Below are positions 1 to 8,124 of a stretch of DNA of 29,271 bases, in pieces. The DNA is taken from contig JAHHIK010000100.1 in the NCBI GenBank assembly GCA_019358935.1, forward strand, positions 1-29,271. The letters are read 5' to 3'. The position numbers and the translations under genes were made by a program. The stretch comes from Tolypothrix carrinoi HA7290-LM1 (lineage in GTDB: Bacteria; Cyanobacteriota; Cyanobacteriia; Cyanobacteriales; Nostocaceae). Below the pieces are notes generated by a model that was given only the letters and a program-made list of their open reading frames with translations, was not told the DNA's origin and searched no databases. How positions within the stretch are numbered: position 1 is the first letter of the stretch; each line of letters starts with the position of its first letter.

Positions 1-63
1 ATTGAAGACTTGCTTGATACTTTGCCGGAACCACTAAAAGAAAATATCACGGCGCTTGGTTAA
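1..63 (+). CDS. 3' end of a small DNA-binding (RHH/CopG-like) protein of an IS200/IS605 element (partial)
   Basis: Frame 1 reads IEDLLDTLPEPLKENITALG*, resembling the C-terminus of small proteins encoded divergently from cyanobacterial tnpB. It is followed directly by an IS605-type hairpin. Confidence 0.55.
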   Translation: MEDLLDTLPEPLKENITALG

Positions 64-74
64 CCCTGCATCGT

Positions 75-125
75 AGCTTTCATCCCCTGGCTAAAGCCAA
101 GGGGTTTTCAGCATACCTCTTATAA
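75..125 (-). mobile_element. IS200/IS605-family subterminal (probably left) end hairpin with adjacent TTATAA
   Basis: GCTTTCAT-CCCCTGGCTAAAGCCAAGGGG-TTTTCAG (hairpin 84-104), then TTATAA at 120-125. The stem is nearly identical to the hairpin beside tnpB at 27502-27551. Confidence 0.7.
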
Positions 126-318
126 GATTTGTCAGCGGAATACACTACCAGTAAGGCAAAATTACTATGGTAATTTAAGATTCATCAAAATTTTTGATAG
201 TAACAATAATCAACCTGTTGGATGAATCAATCGGGTGAAGTCGCTAGTACCAACACTGTTTTAATTTAAAAGTCATGGAGGGAATACTAAATCAAAAATA
301 CTTACAACGAGGTTGATT

Positions 319-665
319 ATGAATCTGAGTATAATTGACGAAAAGTTACAGATAAAATTTAGTTTGAAAGAGCAATTGCGCTTCTGTTCGCTTTCACAAA
401 GTTTGGGAAATTCCACTAACCCATATTTAACAAGTTACGACAGCCTAACCCCAAAGTAATTGGAAAAAACTTCGTGCGCCGGGAAGCTTTATTCCTGGAG
501 TTGTTAAAGCGGGGACTTATTACACAGACAGGGGCAAAGAATTTTGGTACGTCAATAAAAAGACAAATTATTTAATTATTGAATTGCAAGATGAATCCTA
601 TAAGAGGATTATTTTGACCAGTGACAACAACGAGTCTTGGCAACAACAACTTTCAAAGGTTGACT
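319..665 (+). pseudogene. Degraded small conserved hypothetical protein (PH-like, LRAPG..PG..KAGTY..EFW motif)
   Basis: ATG at 319 preceded by GAGG gives MNLSIIDEKLQIKFSLKEQL. After a +1 frameshift near 380 it reads SVRFHKVWEIPLTHI*QVTTA*PQSNWKKLRAPGSFIPGVVKAGTYYTDRGKEFWYV...ELQDESYKRIIL, with two in-frame TAA stops. The 3' end is approximate. Confidence 0.7.
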
Positions 666-676
666 GCTGCATAGTT

Positions 677-789
677 TCTCGTTCCCATACTCCGCGTGGA
701 AACGCATTCCGGAGCGCTACCACCTCCAGTAATAATAAGAGGCAGCAGCCCTCTCTTAGCACATTCCCAGGTTCAACCTGGGAACGAGA
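677..789. repeat. MITE/REP-like element with TCTCGTTCCCA / TGGGAACGAGA terminal inverted repeats
   Basis: Perfect 11-bp TIRs plus an internal TTCCCAGGTTCAACCTGGGAA palindrome. Related copies at 5781-5813 and, degenerate, ~21334-21420. Confidence 0.75.
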
Positions 790-798
790 GACAACCAC

Positions 799-873
799 AG
801 ACCGCGTTCGCGTAGCGTGTCGCAGACAAGGCGGTCTTTGTACGTGTAGCCCACCCTTCTAGGGTGAGGGCTA
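799..873. repeat. Short palindromic repeats; possible terminator for the thrC-like/sulfur-carrier pair
   Basis: AGACCGC...GCGGTCT hairpin and TAGCCCACCCTTCTAGGGTGAGGGCTA hairpin immediately downstream of the - strand gene ending at 901. Confidence 0.45.
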
Positions 874-900
874 TTTTCAAAGTAGGGGATACTTCGTATA

Positions 901-1176
901 TCAACCACCAGCCACAGCGGGAACGATACTTACTTCATCGCCATCTTTGAGGGGTGTATCTGTCCCTTCTAAAAAGCGGATGTCTTCGCTATTGACGTAC
1001 AAATTCAAAAATCGCCGTGGTTGTCCGGCATCATCGCACAACCGCGACTTGATACCAGGACAGCTTTGCTCTAATGAGTCGAAAAGTTGAGCAATGTTGC
1101 TGCCGCTACATTCTAGAGTAGCTTGGTTATTGGTGAATTTCTGAAGAGGAGTAGGAACTAAAACTTTTACTGACAT
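901..1176 (-). CDS. MoaD/ThiS-family ubiquitin-like sulfur carrier protein (CysO-like)
   Basis: 91 aa with [38 protein letters not shown] and a C-terminal Gly-Gly. Confidence 0.93.
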   Translation of the reverse strand: MSVKVLVPTPLQKFTNNQATLECSGSNIAQLFDSLEQSCPGIKSRLCDDAGQPRRFLNLYVNSEDIRFLEGTDTPLKDGDEVSIVPAVAGG

Positions 1177-1179
1177 AGT

Positions 1180-1360
1180 GAGTTGATAGTTGATAGTTGT
1201 TAGGTGTTAGTTGATAGTTGTTAGGTGTTAGTTGATAGTTGGAGCGTTGATGGTTGTTAGTTGGAGCGTTGATGGTTGATAGTTGATGGTTGATAGTTGC
1301 AAAATTCATAACTACTAACTACTAACCACCAACTACTAACCACTAACTACTAACTCCTAA
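1180..1360. repeat. STRR-like heptamer tandem repeats arranged as an inverted pair
   Basis: GTTGATA/GTTGTTA/GGTGTTA units at ~1180-1300, followed by complementary-type ACTACTA/ACCACTA units at ~1308-1360. Confidence 0.85.
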
Positions 1361-2665
1361 CTAAACAAGTACTTGTTGCCATTCTAGGCGGTCGAGTGTA
1401 CGCGATCGCTCTAGTGCGCGTTCAAAACTATCGAGTTTGGCGTCAATTGTCAAGGGTTCGCCTACGTAGCCTTGAACTGCTTCTTGGGTTTTCAAACCAT
1501 TGCCGGTAATGTATACCACGGTAGTTTCATCTGGATCTATCTTGCCAGCTTCTACCAATTTTTTCAGTACGGCAACGGTTGTACCTCCAGCGGTTTCGGT
1601 GAAGATGCCTTCGGTTTCCGCCAAGAGCTTCATGCCTTCAATGATTTCTGCATCATTGACTGACTCAATGTTACCATTTGTTTTCTTCGCTATCTCCACT
1701 GCGTAAATGCCATCTGCGGGGTTGCCGATCGCAATCGATTTCGCTATTGTATTCGGTTTCACTGGCTTAATAAAGTCGCGTCCTTCACGAAATGCTTCCG
1801 CAATTGGTGAACAACCATCGGCTTGTGCCCCACTAAAACGCACGTTTTTACCTTCAACTAAACCGACTTCTGTAAATTCTTGGAAACCTTTGTAAATTTT
1901 TGTGAACAACGAACCAGAGGCGAGGGGAGCAACGATATGGTCGGGTAATTCCCATCCGAGTTGTTCGGCAACTTCAAACGCTAAAGTTTTGGAACCTTCT
2001 GAGTAATAGGGACGCAAATTAATATTGACAAAACCCCAGCCTTGTGTATTGGCTACTTCACAACAGAGGCGATTAACTTGATCGTAATTGCCTTTCACAG
2101 CCATGAGGGTAGGACTGTAAATCAAGCTGCCGAGGATTTTACCAGCTTCTAAATCGGCGGGGATGAATACGCAACAATCTAAACCGGCGTGAGCGGCGAT
2201 CGCTGCGGTAGAATTTGCTAAGTTGCCGGTGCTAGCACAAGATACTGTTGTGAAACCTAATTCACGCGCACGAGAAAGAGCAACTGACACCACCCGATCT
2301 TTGAAGCTGAGGGTGGGCATGTTGACGGCATCATTCTTTATATATAGTTTATTTAAACCCAAGCGACGCGCCAAGCGGTGGGAACGCACCAAGGGAGTCA
2401 TACCAGTTCCCACATCTATAACATTATCTGTAGCGACGGGTAGAAACTGACGGTAGCGCCAAATCGAATTTGGTCCTGCTTGAATTTTTTCACGGCTGAC
2501 CGAAAGACGCAGGTTGCTGTAATTATATTTGACTTCCAAAGGACCAAAGCACAACTCACAAACATGGCTGGCTTTAAGTTCATATTCTGCGCCACATTCT
2601 TTACACTTGAGGGCTTCCAAGGTAGCAGTAGTGGTTTGGTTTGAGTGTGCGATCGCTTGAGTCAT
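1361..2665 (-). CDS. thrC: Threonine synthase-like PLP enzyme (fold type II) with N-terminal Zn ribbon
   Basis: CKEC...CELC, PTLSFKDR (PLP lysine), CASTGNLANS, PLASGSL, ETAGG, YITGNGLK. The likely start is ATG 2665 rather than the TTG at 2692. The function may be sulfhydrylase (see findings). Confidence 0.85.
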   Translation of the reverse strand: MTQAIAHSNQTTTATLEALKCKECGAEYELKASHVCELCFGPLEVKYNYSNLRLSVSREKIQAGPNSIWRYRQFLPVATDNVIDVGTGMTPLVRSHRLARRLGLNKLYIKNDAVNMPTLSFKDRVVSVALSRARELGFTTVSCASTGNLANSTAAIAAHAGLDCCVFIPADLEAGKILGSLIYSPTLMAVKGNYDQVNRLCCEVANTQGWGFVNINLRPYYSEGSKTLAFEVAEQLGWELPDHIVAPLASGSLFTKIYKGFQEFTEVGLVEGKNVRFSGAQADGCSPIAEAFREGRDFIKPVKPNTIAKSIAIGNPADGIYAVEIAKKTNGNIESVNDAEIIEGMKLLAETEGIFTETAGGTTVAVLKKLVEAGKIDPDETTVVYITGNGLKTQEAVQGYVGEPLTIDAKLDSFERALERSRTLDRLEWQQVLV

Positions 2666-2732
2666 AAAACAACTTCCCTGTGTCTGGGTCAACTTTGGTT
2701 GATGCTACCACGAGCCAAAATACGAGTCAAAC

Positions 2733-2757
2733 ATACCCGACAAATTTTGTCGGGATT
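2733..2757. promoter_or_regulatory. Rrf2-family (IscR type-1-like) operator upstream of the thrC-like gene
   Basis: ATACCCGACAAATTTTGTCGGGATT: a 25-bp palindrome close to the IscR type-1 consensus ATASYYGACTRWWWYAGTCRRSTAT. Confidence 0.6.
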
Positions 2758-3235
2758 GATTTGCCGATGTGACTGTGGGAGTTAAGTACTTGAAGTGATA
2801 GTAAGTCGGGCGATCGCTTCTGGAAATAAAGTAATCAAATAATTACATTGAAATGCGTAAGTGTTGTGAGTCCAAAATTCTTTTTGAAATCAGGGGATAG
2901 AGAGTCATCTAAGTTTCGACTACGCTGAAAATACGGTATTTTTATATACTGATTAATATTTTTAATATAAATATATTTCCTTATTTACACAGTAGATTTT
3001 GCGTTGTCTAAAAAGTTAGAGTTTTTAGTCAATCCCTCCAAAGCAGGATAAATCGAAGAGAAAATATTTGTTTTAAATTTTTCAGACCAATAGTTTAACA
3101 GGTTGAATCGTCAATCTGAACGCCCAAAGCTTGAAGTTTTGGGCTAATTTTACTTAGCAATTATTGCAGAAATTGTTGAGTTAAATTCTACTTGGAAAAA
3201 ACATTATTAATTGATGCCATAAATTAACATGTTCT

Positions 3236-5770
3236 ATGAAACGTCCCAGCAAAGTGAAGAAGAAACAATCAAAATTATATCGTTCATTAATAACAACGTT
3301 ATTATTAGCTAACGGAATTTTTCAATTAGTCGCACCTGCATTAGCTGAAGGTACAGCGGCTGGTCAAGATATTAGCAACACCGCTACAGCAACTTACAAA
3401 GATGATAGTGGTAACGACCTTAACGCTACTTCTAATACAGTTACTGTCAAAATTGCAGAAGTTGCTGGTATTACCATTACAAAGCAGAATTATGAAGATG
3501 ATAACGGCGATGAAGTAGAACCGGGTGATAAACTTAAATTCAAATTTGAGATAAAAAACGTTGGAAACGACCCTACTAAGTTCCACATTCCTGATAAAAC
3601 CAACGTGGGTATCACTAACGGTACTGTTGATTCACTAGAGTACAGCTTAGATGGTACTAATTGGATATCAATTAACAACTCAGATACACCTTCAATTGAT
3701 GCTGGGAAATCTATTTTTGTCCGCGTTAATGTGACCGTCAAGAATGATGCTCAAGCTGATGATAAAGTTACCGTTACTCTTGGTAACACGGCTGTTGACC
3801 CTAATAATGCTGAACTGCTATTACAGAACCAACAACGGGATACAGTAGAAGCTGGTGACGTTTACACTTCAGATAATACAACCACACTTCCGCCGGGTGA
3901 AATTGATGGCAACCCGGCTAACGGTGTCCGTGAGGCTGGTGCTTTCCAAACTGCAACGGGAAAGGCGAAAAAATATGCTTTAGCGACGATTTTTAAGACG
4001 GAAACTGGCTATGAGAATGCTGGTACAGCCAAAGTTAATGATGATTCTTTTACTTATGACCTGACTCTGAAAGTAGAGGGAACAGATACCACAAAAAATA
4101 ATATTATTCCGGGGACATTAGTAGGTACAAAAATTAATTTAAACGGGACTGCCGATACCATTCGCATCTTAGTTTCTGATGCTATTCCCCAAGACACAGA
4201 ACTTGCATCTGTACCCACACCACCAACTGGTTGGATAGCAGTTTATACAGAAGATGCGGTGACAACTAACGCTAATCTTGCACAATGGAAAACATTCACA
4301 GCAGCGACTGATTTAAGTAAAGTCAAAAGGATTGGTTTCGTCAACGATCCAACAGCGTTTACTTCTATTGAACCGAACGCACCGGAAATCAAATTTCCGA
4401 TCAAGATAAAAGTTAAATCTGATGTCGGCAAATCATCAGTGACAGTAGAGAACATCGCTCAAATATTTGGTCAAACCAAAGATGGCACTACCTTAGTTTA
4501 CGATGAATCTGGTGATAACAGACCCAGCAACTATGGCGATGATGGCAGTTTACCGCCTGGTGCAACAGATGCCAATGGCGATAAGATTCCTGATAACAAT
4601 CCTACTGTAGACAGCGGTTATATTGACAATCCTGGAAGCTTACCCGAAAGTGACACTGATAAAGATAATAACAACAGCGGTAAAGGTCCAGGTGGTGAAC
4701 CGAATCGGTTCGTAATTTCTAATGAGGCAACAGTCAAGAATGGACCGAAAGATGCCCCAGAAGCTAAAGGTCCTACTGCTGATGACAAGGGTGATTATAC
4801 AAACAGTGACTTTACCAACAAGTCTACGAAAGTACCAGCAGATAAGTCTGCACCCGGAAGCAAATTTGACCCGGATTTTGTCACTTTCGAGAACACGGTA
4901 AAGAATACCAGTACTCTCACAAACGACATTTCGCTGCTTCCTACTTTATCCGCAGGTTTGCCTAAAGATACAATAGTTACTATTTCTTACGGTGGCGTTG
5001 ATAAGGTTTATACCTGGGATGGCACTAATTTTACTTCCCAATCTGATTACATCACTATTAAGGATGTGGCTGCGGGTGCAAGTGTTACCTACACCGTTAA
5101 AGTTGATTTACCAAACGACACCCCACTATCCACAGATACAGGCACAGGTTTCCCAGTTGCGATCGCTGCTTTTGTTGATGATGCAACTCCTGGTTTAGGC
5201 ACCACAGAACCAAGAAATATCACTATTGACCGAGTTTACACGGGTTTCTTGAAAATGGTGAAAGTGTCACGAATTTTACAAGGAGATGGTCCTGCTGTTG
5301 GTACAGGTCAGGATGTCTTTGAGTCAACACCAGCTGTCAATAATATAGATCCGAATCCTAGCGTTGCTGATGTCGTCAGAACACCGGCTCCAGGAAACAT
5401 TATTGAGTACCAAATTAGGTACAAGAATATTTCTCAAAATGAAGGTGACGGAAATGGCAATGTGCTTTTAAATGCGAAAAATGTTGAAATTACTGAAGAC
5501 GGTACAGCGGGTACGAATAACTGGGCAAAGGATAACGATGGCGACAAAAATCTAGACACCACTCATGTTTCAGGTCAAGCTATCGATACTAAAGGCAGTA
5601 TTGAATATTACGTTGGAGCAACTGCAACAACTGTAGATCCAGAAGTTCCAGGTGTTACTAAGTATGTAGACAAGGTAACAGACCAAGTTAAACCGGGTGA
5701 CGAAGGAACGTTCACATTTCAACGCAAGGTGTACAAACCAGAAGAGGCAAATACTCCGTCTGAAACATAA
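3236..5770 (+). CDS. Secreted DUF11-type multi-Ig protein; candidate major (shaft) subunit
   Basis: Sec signal ending APALA; N-terminal GTAAGQDISNTATATY..SNTVTV; DUF11 motifs PGDKLKFKFEIKNVGN and PGNIIEYQIRYKN; DxDxDG-like Ca-binding loops. Confidence 0.85.
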   Translation: MKRPSKVKKKQSKLYRSLITTLLLANGIFQLVAPALAEGTAAGQDISNTATATYKDDSGNDLNATSNTVTVKIAEVAGITITKQNYEDDNGDEVEPGDKLKFKFEIKNVGNDPTKFHIPDKTNVGITNGTVDSLEYSLDGTNWISINNSDTPSIDAGKSIFVRVNVTVKNDAQADDKVTVTLGNTAVDPNNAELLLQNQQRDTVEAGDVYTSDNTTTLPPGEIDGNPANGVREAGAFQTATGKAKKYALATIFKTETGYENAGTAKVNDDSFTYDLTLKVEGTDTTKNNIIPGTLVGTKINLNGTADTIRILVSDAIPQDTELASVPTPPTGWIAVYTEDAVTTNANLAQWKTFTAATDLSKVKRIGFVNDPTAFTSIEPNAPEIKFPIKIKVKSDVGKSSVTVENIAQIFGQTKDGTTLVYDESGDNRPSNYGDDGSLPPGATDANGDKIPDNNPTVDSGYIDNPGSLPESDTDKDNNNSGKGPGGEPNRFVISNEATVKNGPKDAPEAKGPTADDKGDYTNSDFTNKSTKVPADKSAPGSKFDPDFVTFENTVKNTSTLTNDISLLPTLSAGLPKDTIVTISYGGVDKVYTWDGTNFTSQSDYITIKDVAAGASVTYTVKVDLPNDTPLSTDTGTGFPVAIAAFVDDATPGLGTTEPRNITIDRVYTGFLKMVKVSRILQGDGPAVGTGQDVFESTPAVNNIDPNPSVADVVRTPAPGNIIEYQIRYKNISQNEGDGNGNVLLNAKNVEITEDGTAGTNNWAKDNDGDKNLDTTHVSGQAIDTKGSIEYYVGATATTVDPEVPGVTKYVDKVTDQVKPGDEGTFTFQRKVYKPEEANTPSET

Positions 5771-5780
5771 GTCCCGATTA

Positions 5781-5813
5781 CTCTCGTTCCCAGTCTCAGA
5801 CTGGGAACAAGAG
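5781..5813. repeat. Minimal CTCGTTCCCAG palindrome (same family as 677-789); possible attenuator or mRNA stabiliser after the first gene
   Basis: CTCTCGTTCCCAGTCTCAGACTGGGAACAAGAG hairpin 10 nt after the stop codon. Confidence 0.7.
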
Positions 5814-5841
5814 AAAACCACAAAATGAAGAGGTTAATAAA

Positions 5842-6390
5842 ATGAAGCGTGTTTCTATTGCAAGTATCAGCGCGATCGCTCTTTTAACAATACCATTAAT
5901 CGGTGCAATTCCAGGTATCCCAAATATGTGGGATATGGGCGAAGCCATCGCTCAAAATACCAAAAATCAAGGGCAATTACAATTGCGTCTGGAAGCAGAA
6001 AAGAAAATTCTCAAGCAAGAAAAAGTAACTTGGCAAGCATTGCAAGGGCAAGCTGTGGTGCAACCAGGAGATGTGCTGCGTTATACCGTTGCTGGAGAAA
6101 ATAAAAGCGATCGCCCAGTTAAAAATCTCACTCTCAATCAGCCGATTCCCAAAGGAATGCAGTATGTGCTGAAATCTGCCACCGCTACCAGTAACGCCAA
6201 AATTACCTACAGCATCGATTCTGCACGCACCTTTGTGGAAAATCCTACCATACAAGTCAAACTTGCCAACGGCAAAGTAGAAACCAAACCTGCACCAGCA
6301 ACAGCTTACACCCATATTCGGATGAATTTTAACTCTTCTGTGCCTGCCAGAGCGATCGTTAAGGGGACTTATGAAGTGCAGGTGCGATAG
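5842..6390 (+). CDS. Small exported single-domain DUF11-like protein
   Basis: GAGGT RBS; hydrophobic N-terminus; VQPGDVLRYTVAGEN..VKNLTLNQPIPKGMQYV..SA; YTHIRMNF; ends YEVQVR. Confidence 0.85.
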   Translation: MKRVSIASISAIALLTIPLIGAIPGIPNMWDMGEAIAQNTKNQGQLQLRLEAEKKILKQEKVTWQALQGQAVVQPGDVLRYTVAGENKSDRPVKNLTLNQPIPKGMQYVLKSATATSNAKITYSIDSARTFVENPTIQVKLANGKVETKPAPATAYTHIRMNFNSSVPARAIVKGTYEVQVR

Positions 6391-6565
6391 GGAGACAGGG
6401 GGACAAGGAGGACAAGGAGGACAAGGAGGACAGGGGGGACAAGGAGACAAGGGGACAAGGGGCACACGGGGCACACGGGGGACAAGGGGACAAGGAAAAT
6501 AATTCTTCTTTCCCCCCATCTCCCCATCTCCCCATCTCCCCATCTCCCCCTCCCCCCCTCTCCCA
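6390..6565. repeat. Tandem GGACAAG(G)-type repeats followed by CCCCATCT octamer repeats
   Basis: Directly visible purine-rich block (6390-6495) and pyrimidine-rich block (~6510-6565). Confidence 0.85.
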
Positions 6566-6603
6566 CTATTAATTTTCAGGGTATTTCAGAGGAGAAAAAT
6601 TAA

Positions 6604-8124
6604 GTGATTCGTTTGCGAAAAAAACGGCAGACGGCATCTAGTAATAACTGGTTGCGAAGGTTAACAGCAACCATTTTGCTGGGAAGCGTCTTACAAAGTT
6701 CTATACCAACAAAAGCGCAACAAGTTGATAATAAAGCTGCGCTTATACCTATTAGAAATCAAGCTACATATACTTATACAGATTCAGCTAATAATACATT
6801 TCAAGGAACTACTAGTCAGTTGAGTGCTAGTTCGAGATTAATTGACCCATTAGGCAGAATTTTAGGCTGTGGTGGACAGATTCTCCCGGATTATATAGGT
6901 TTTTCTGTTGGGTTGTATGAGCCTAATTCTAACGATCCAACGCAAATTGAATTAGGAAGATTGCTTTCACTGACAACAACAGAGTTACCTGAAATTCCTA
7001 ATAACAATATTCCTGGCGGATTAAAACCAAATATTAATAATAAAAATCCTTACGTTTTAGATAATCAGGAACCGCGAGGTACTTATAACTTTTTATTAGA
7101 TTCAAATAAAGGTCAAGCTATACCTGGGAAAACTTACATTTTAGTAGTTAATCCGCCGGCGAATTCTATTTATAGTCAGCGGCGAATTAAAATTAAAATT
7201 CTTGATAACTCCAATGATATTATCCGATATTCTGCTACTTCTTTGGATGGTCAGCCAATTAGTACTACAGGGGATACTAGCTTTACAGATACGGTTGCTT
7301 TCATCCCTAATGCAGAAACAATAGGACTGAATTTATTTGCCTTTCAATTTCAGACTGGTTTGTGTCAACCGAATCAGGTGCAGATTATTAAAACAGGCGA
7401 TCGCGCTACTGCTGAACCTGGAGATACAGTCATTTATCGCCTTTCAGTAAAAAATGTATCTGATATTAATTTTAAAAATACGATAGTTATTGACAGCTTA
7501 CCTTTAGGATTCAACTTTATAGACAAATCTGTGCGCGGAGAACTTGACGGGCAAGCAGTAGCCATTACTACCTCACATAATGGTTCAACGGTGACATTAC
7601 GCACAGAGGCAATTATCCCAACTGGAAAAGTGCTGAATATTGCTTATGCTGTCCAACTTACCACAGATGCGGTGCGGGGTTCAGGCAAGAATAGTGCGAT
7701 CGCCAATATGCAACGCGCTGACAACAATTTCGCTGTTAAAGATGGTCCGGCAACTCATCAGTTGAAAATTCGACCGGGAATCGTCTCCGATTGCGGTACC
7801 ATCATCGGTCGCGTATTTGTCGATAAGAACTTTGACGGGGAACAGCAACCTGGTGAACCGGGAGTTCCCAACGCAGTGATTTTTATGGAAGATGGCAACC
7901 GTATAACTACTGACCCTAACGGTTTGTTCTCCGTCGCTAACGTGTTACCAGGAAATCATACAGGTGTACTAGACCTCAGCAGCCTTCCGGGTTACAGCCT
8001 CGCTCCTAACTTAAAATTCCGCGAACGCAATAGCCAATCTCGGTTAGTGCGATTAGAACCAGGTGGTTTAGTACGTCTAAACTTCGCAGTCACCCCATCC
8101 TTTCGGGAGGAAGCTAAAAAATGA
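6604..8124 (+). CDS. Exported DUF11 + SdrD-B-like protein; candidate base/adaptor subunit
   Basis: GAGGAG RBS and GTG start; signal peptide; IRNQATYTY; KTGDRATAEPGDTVIYRLSVKN..IDSLPLGF..KNSA; GTIIGRVFVDKNFDGEQQPGEPGVPNA..TDPNGLFS. Stop overlaps the next start (ATGA). Confidence 0.85.
   Translation: MIRLRKKRQTASSNNWLRRLTATILLGSVLQSSIPTKAQQVDNKAALIPIRNQATYTYTDSANNTFQGTTSQLSASSRLIDPLGRILGCGGQILPDYIGFSVGLYEPNSNDPTQIELGRLLSLTTTELPEIPNNNIPGGLKPNINNKNPYVLDNQEPRGTYNFLLDSNKGQAIPGKTYILVVNPPANSIYSQRRIKIKILDNSNDIIRYSATSLDGQPISTTGDTSFTDTVAFIPNAETIGLNLFAFQFQTGLCQPNQVQIIKTGDRATAEPGDTVIYRLSVKNVSDINFKNTIVIDSLPLGFNFIDKSVRGELDGQAVAITTSHNGSTVTLRTEAIIPTGKVLNIAYAVQLTTDAVRGSGKNSAIANMQRADNNFAVKDGPATHQLKIRPGIVSDCGTIIGRVFVDKNFDGEQQPGEPGVPNAVIFMEDGNRITTDPNGLFSVANVLPGNHTGVLDLSSLPGYSLAPNLKFRERNSQSRLVRLEPGGLVRLNFAVTPSFREEAKK

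Noticed and set aside
584..862. 92-aa ORF as an intact gene
   Set aside because: A chimera of the pseudogene tail and repeat-derived sequence.
1180..1360. CRISPR array (also considered 6390-6565, 15116-15314 and 24142-24310)
   Set aside because: The units are 7-9-nt or 69-nt tandem repeats without unique spacers, and no cas genes are present.
2831..2846. NtcA box upstream of the DUF11 cluster
   Set aside because: GTA-N10-TAC spacing rather than the canonical N8.
5977..6543. 188-aa minus-strand ORF (and 6369-6566, 1127-1309)
   Set aside because: Translations of simple repeats and antisense shadows of real genes.
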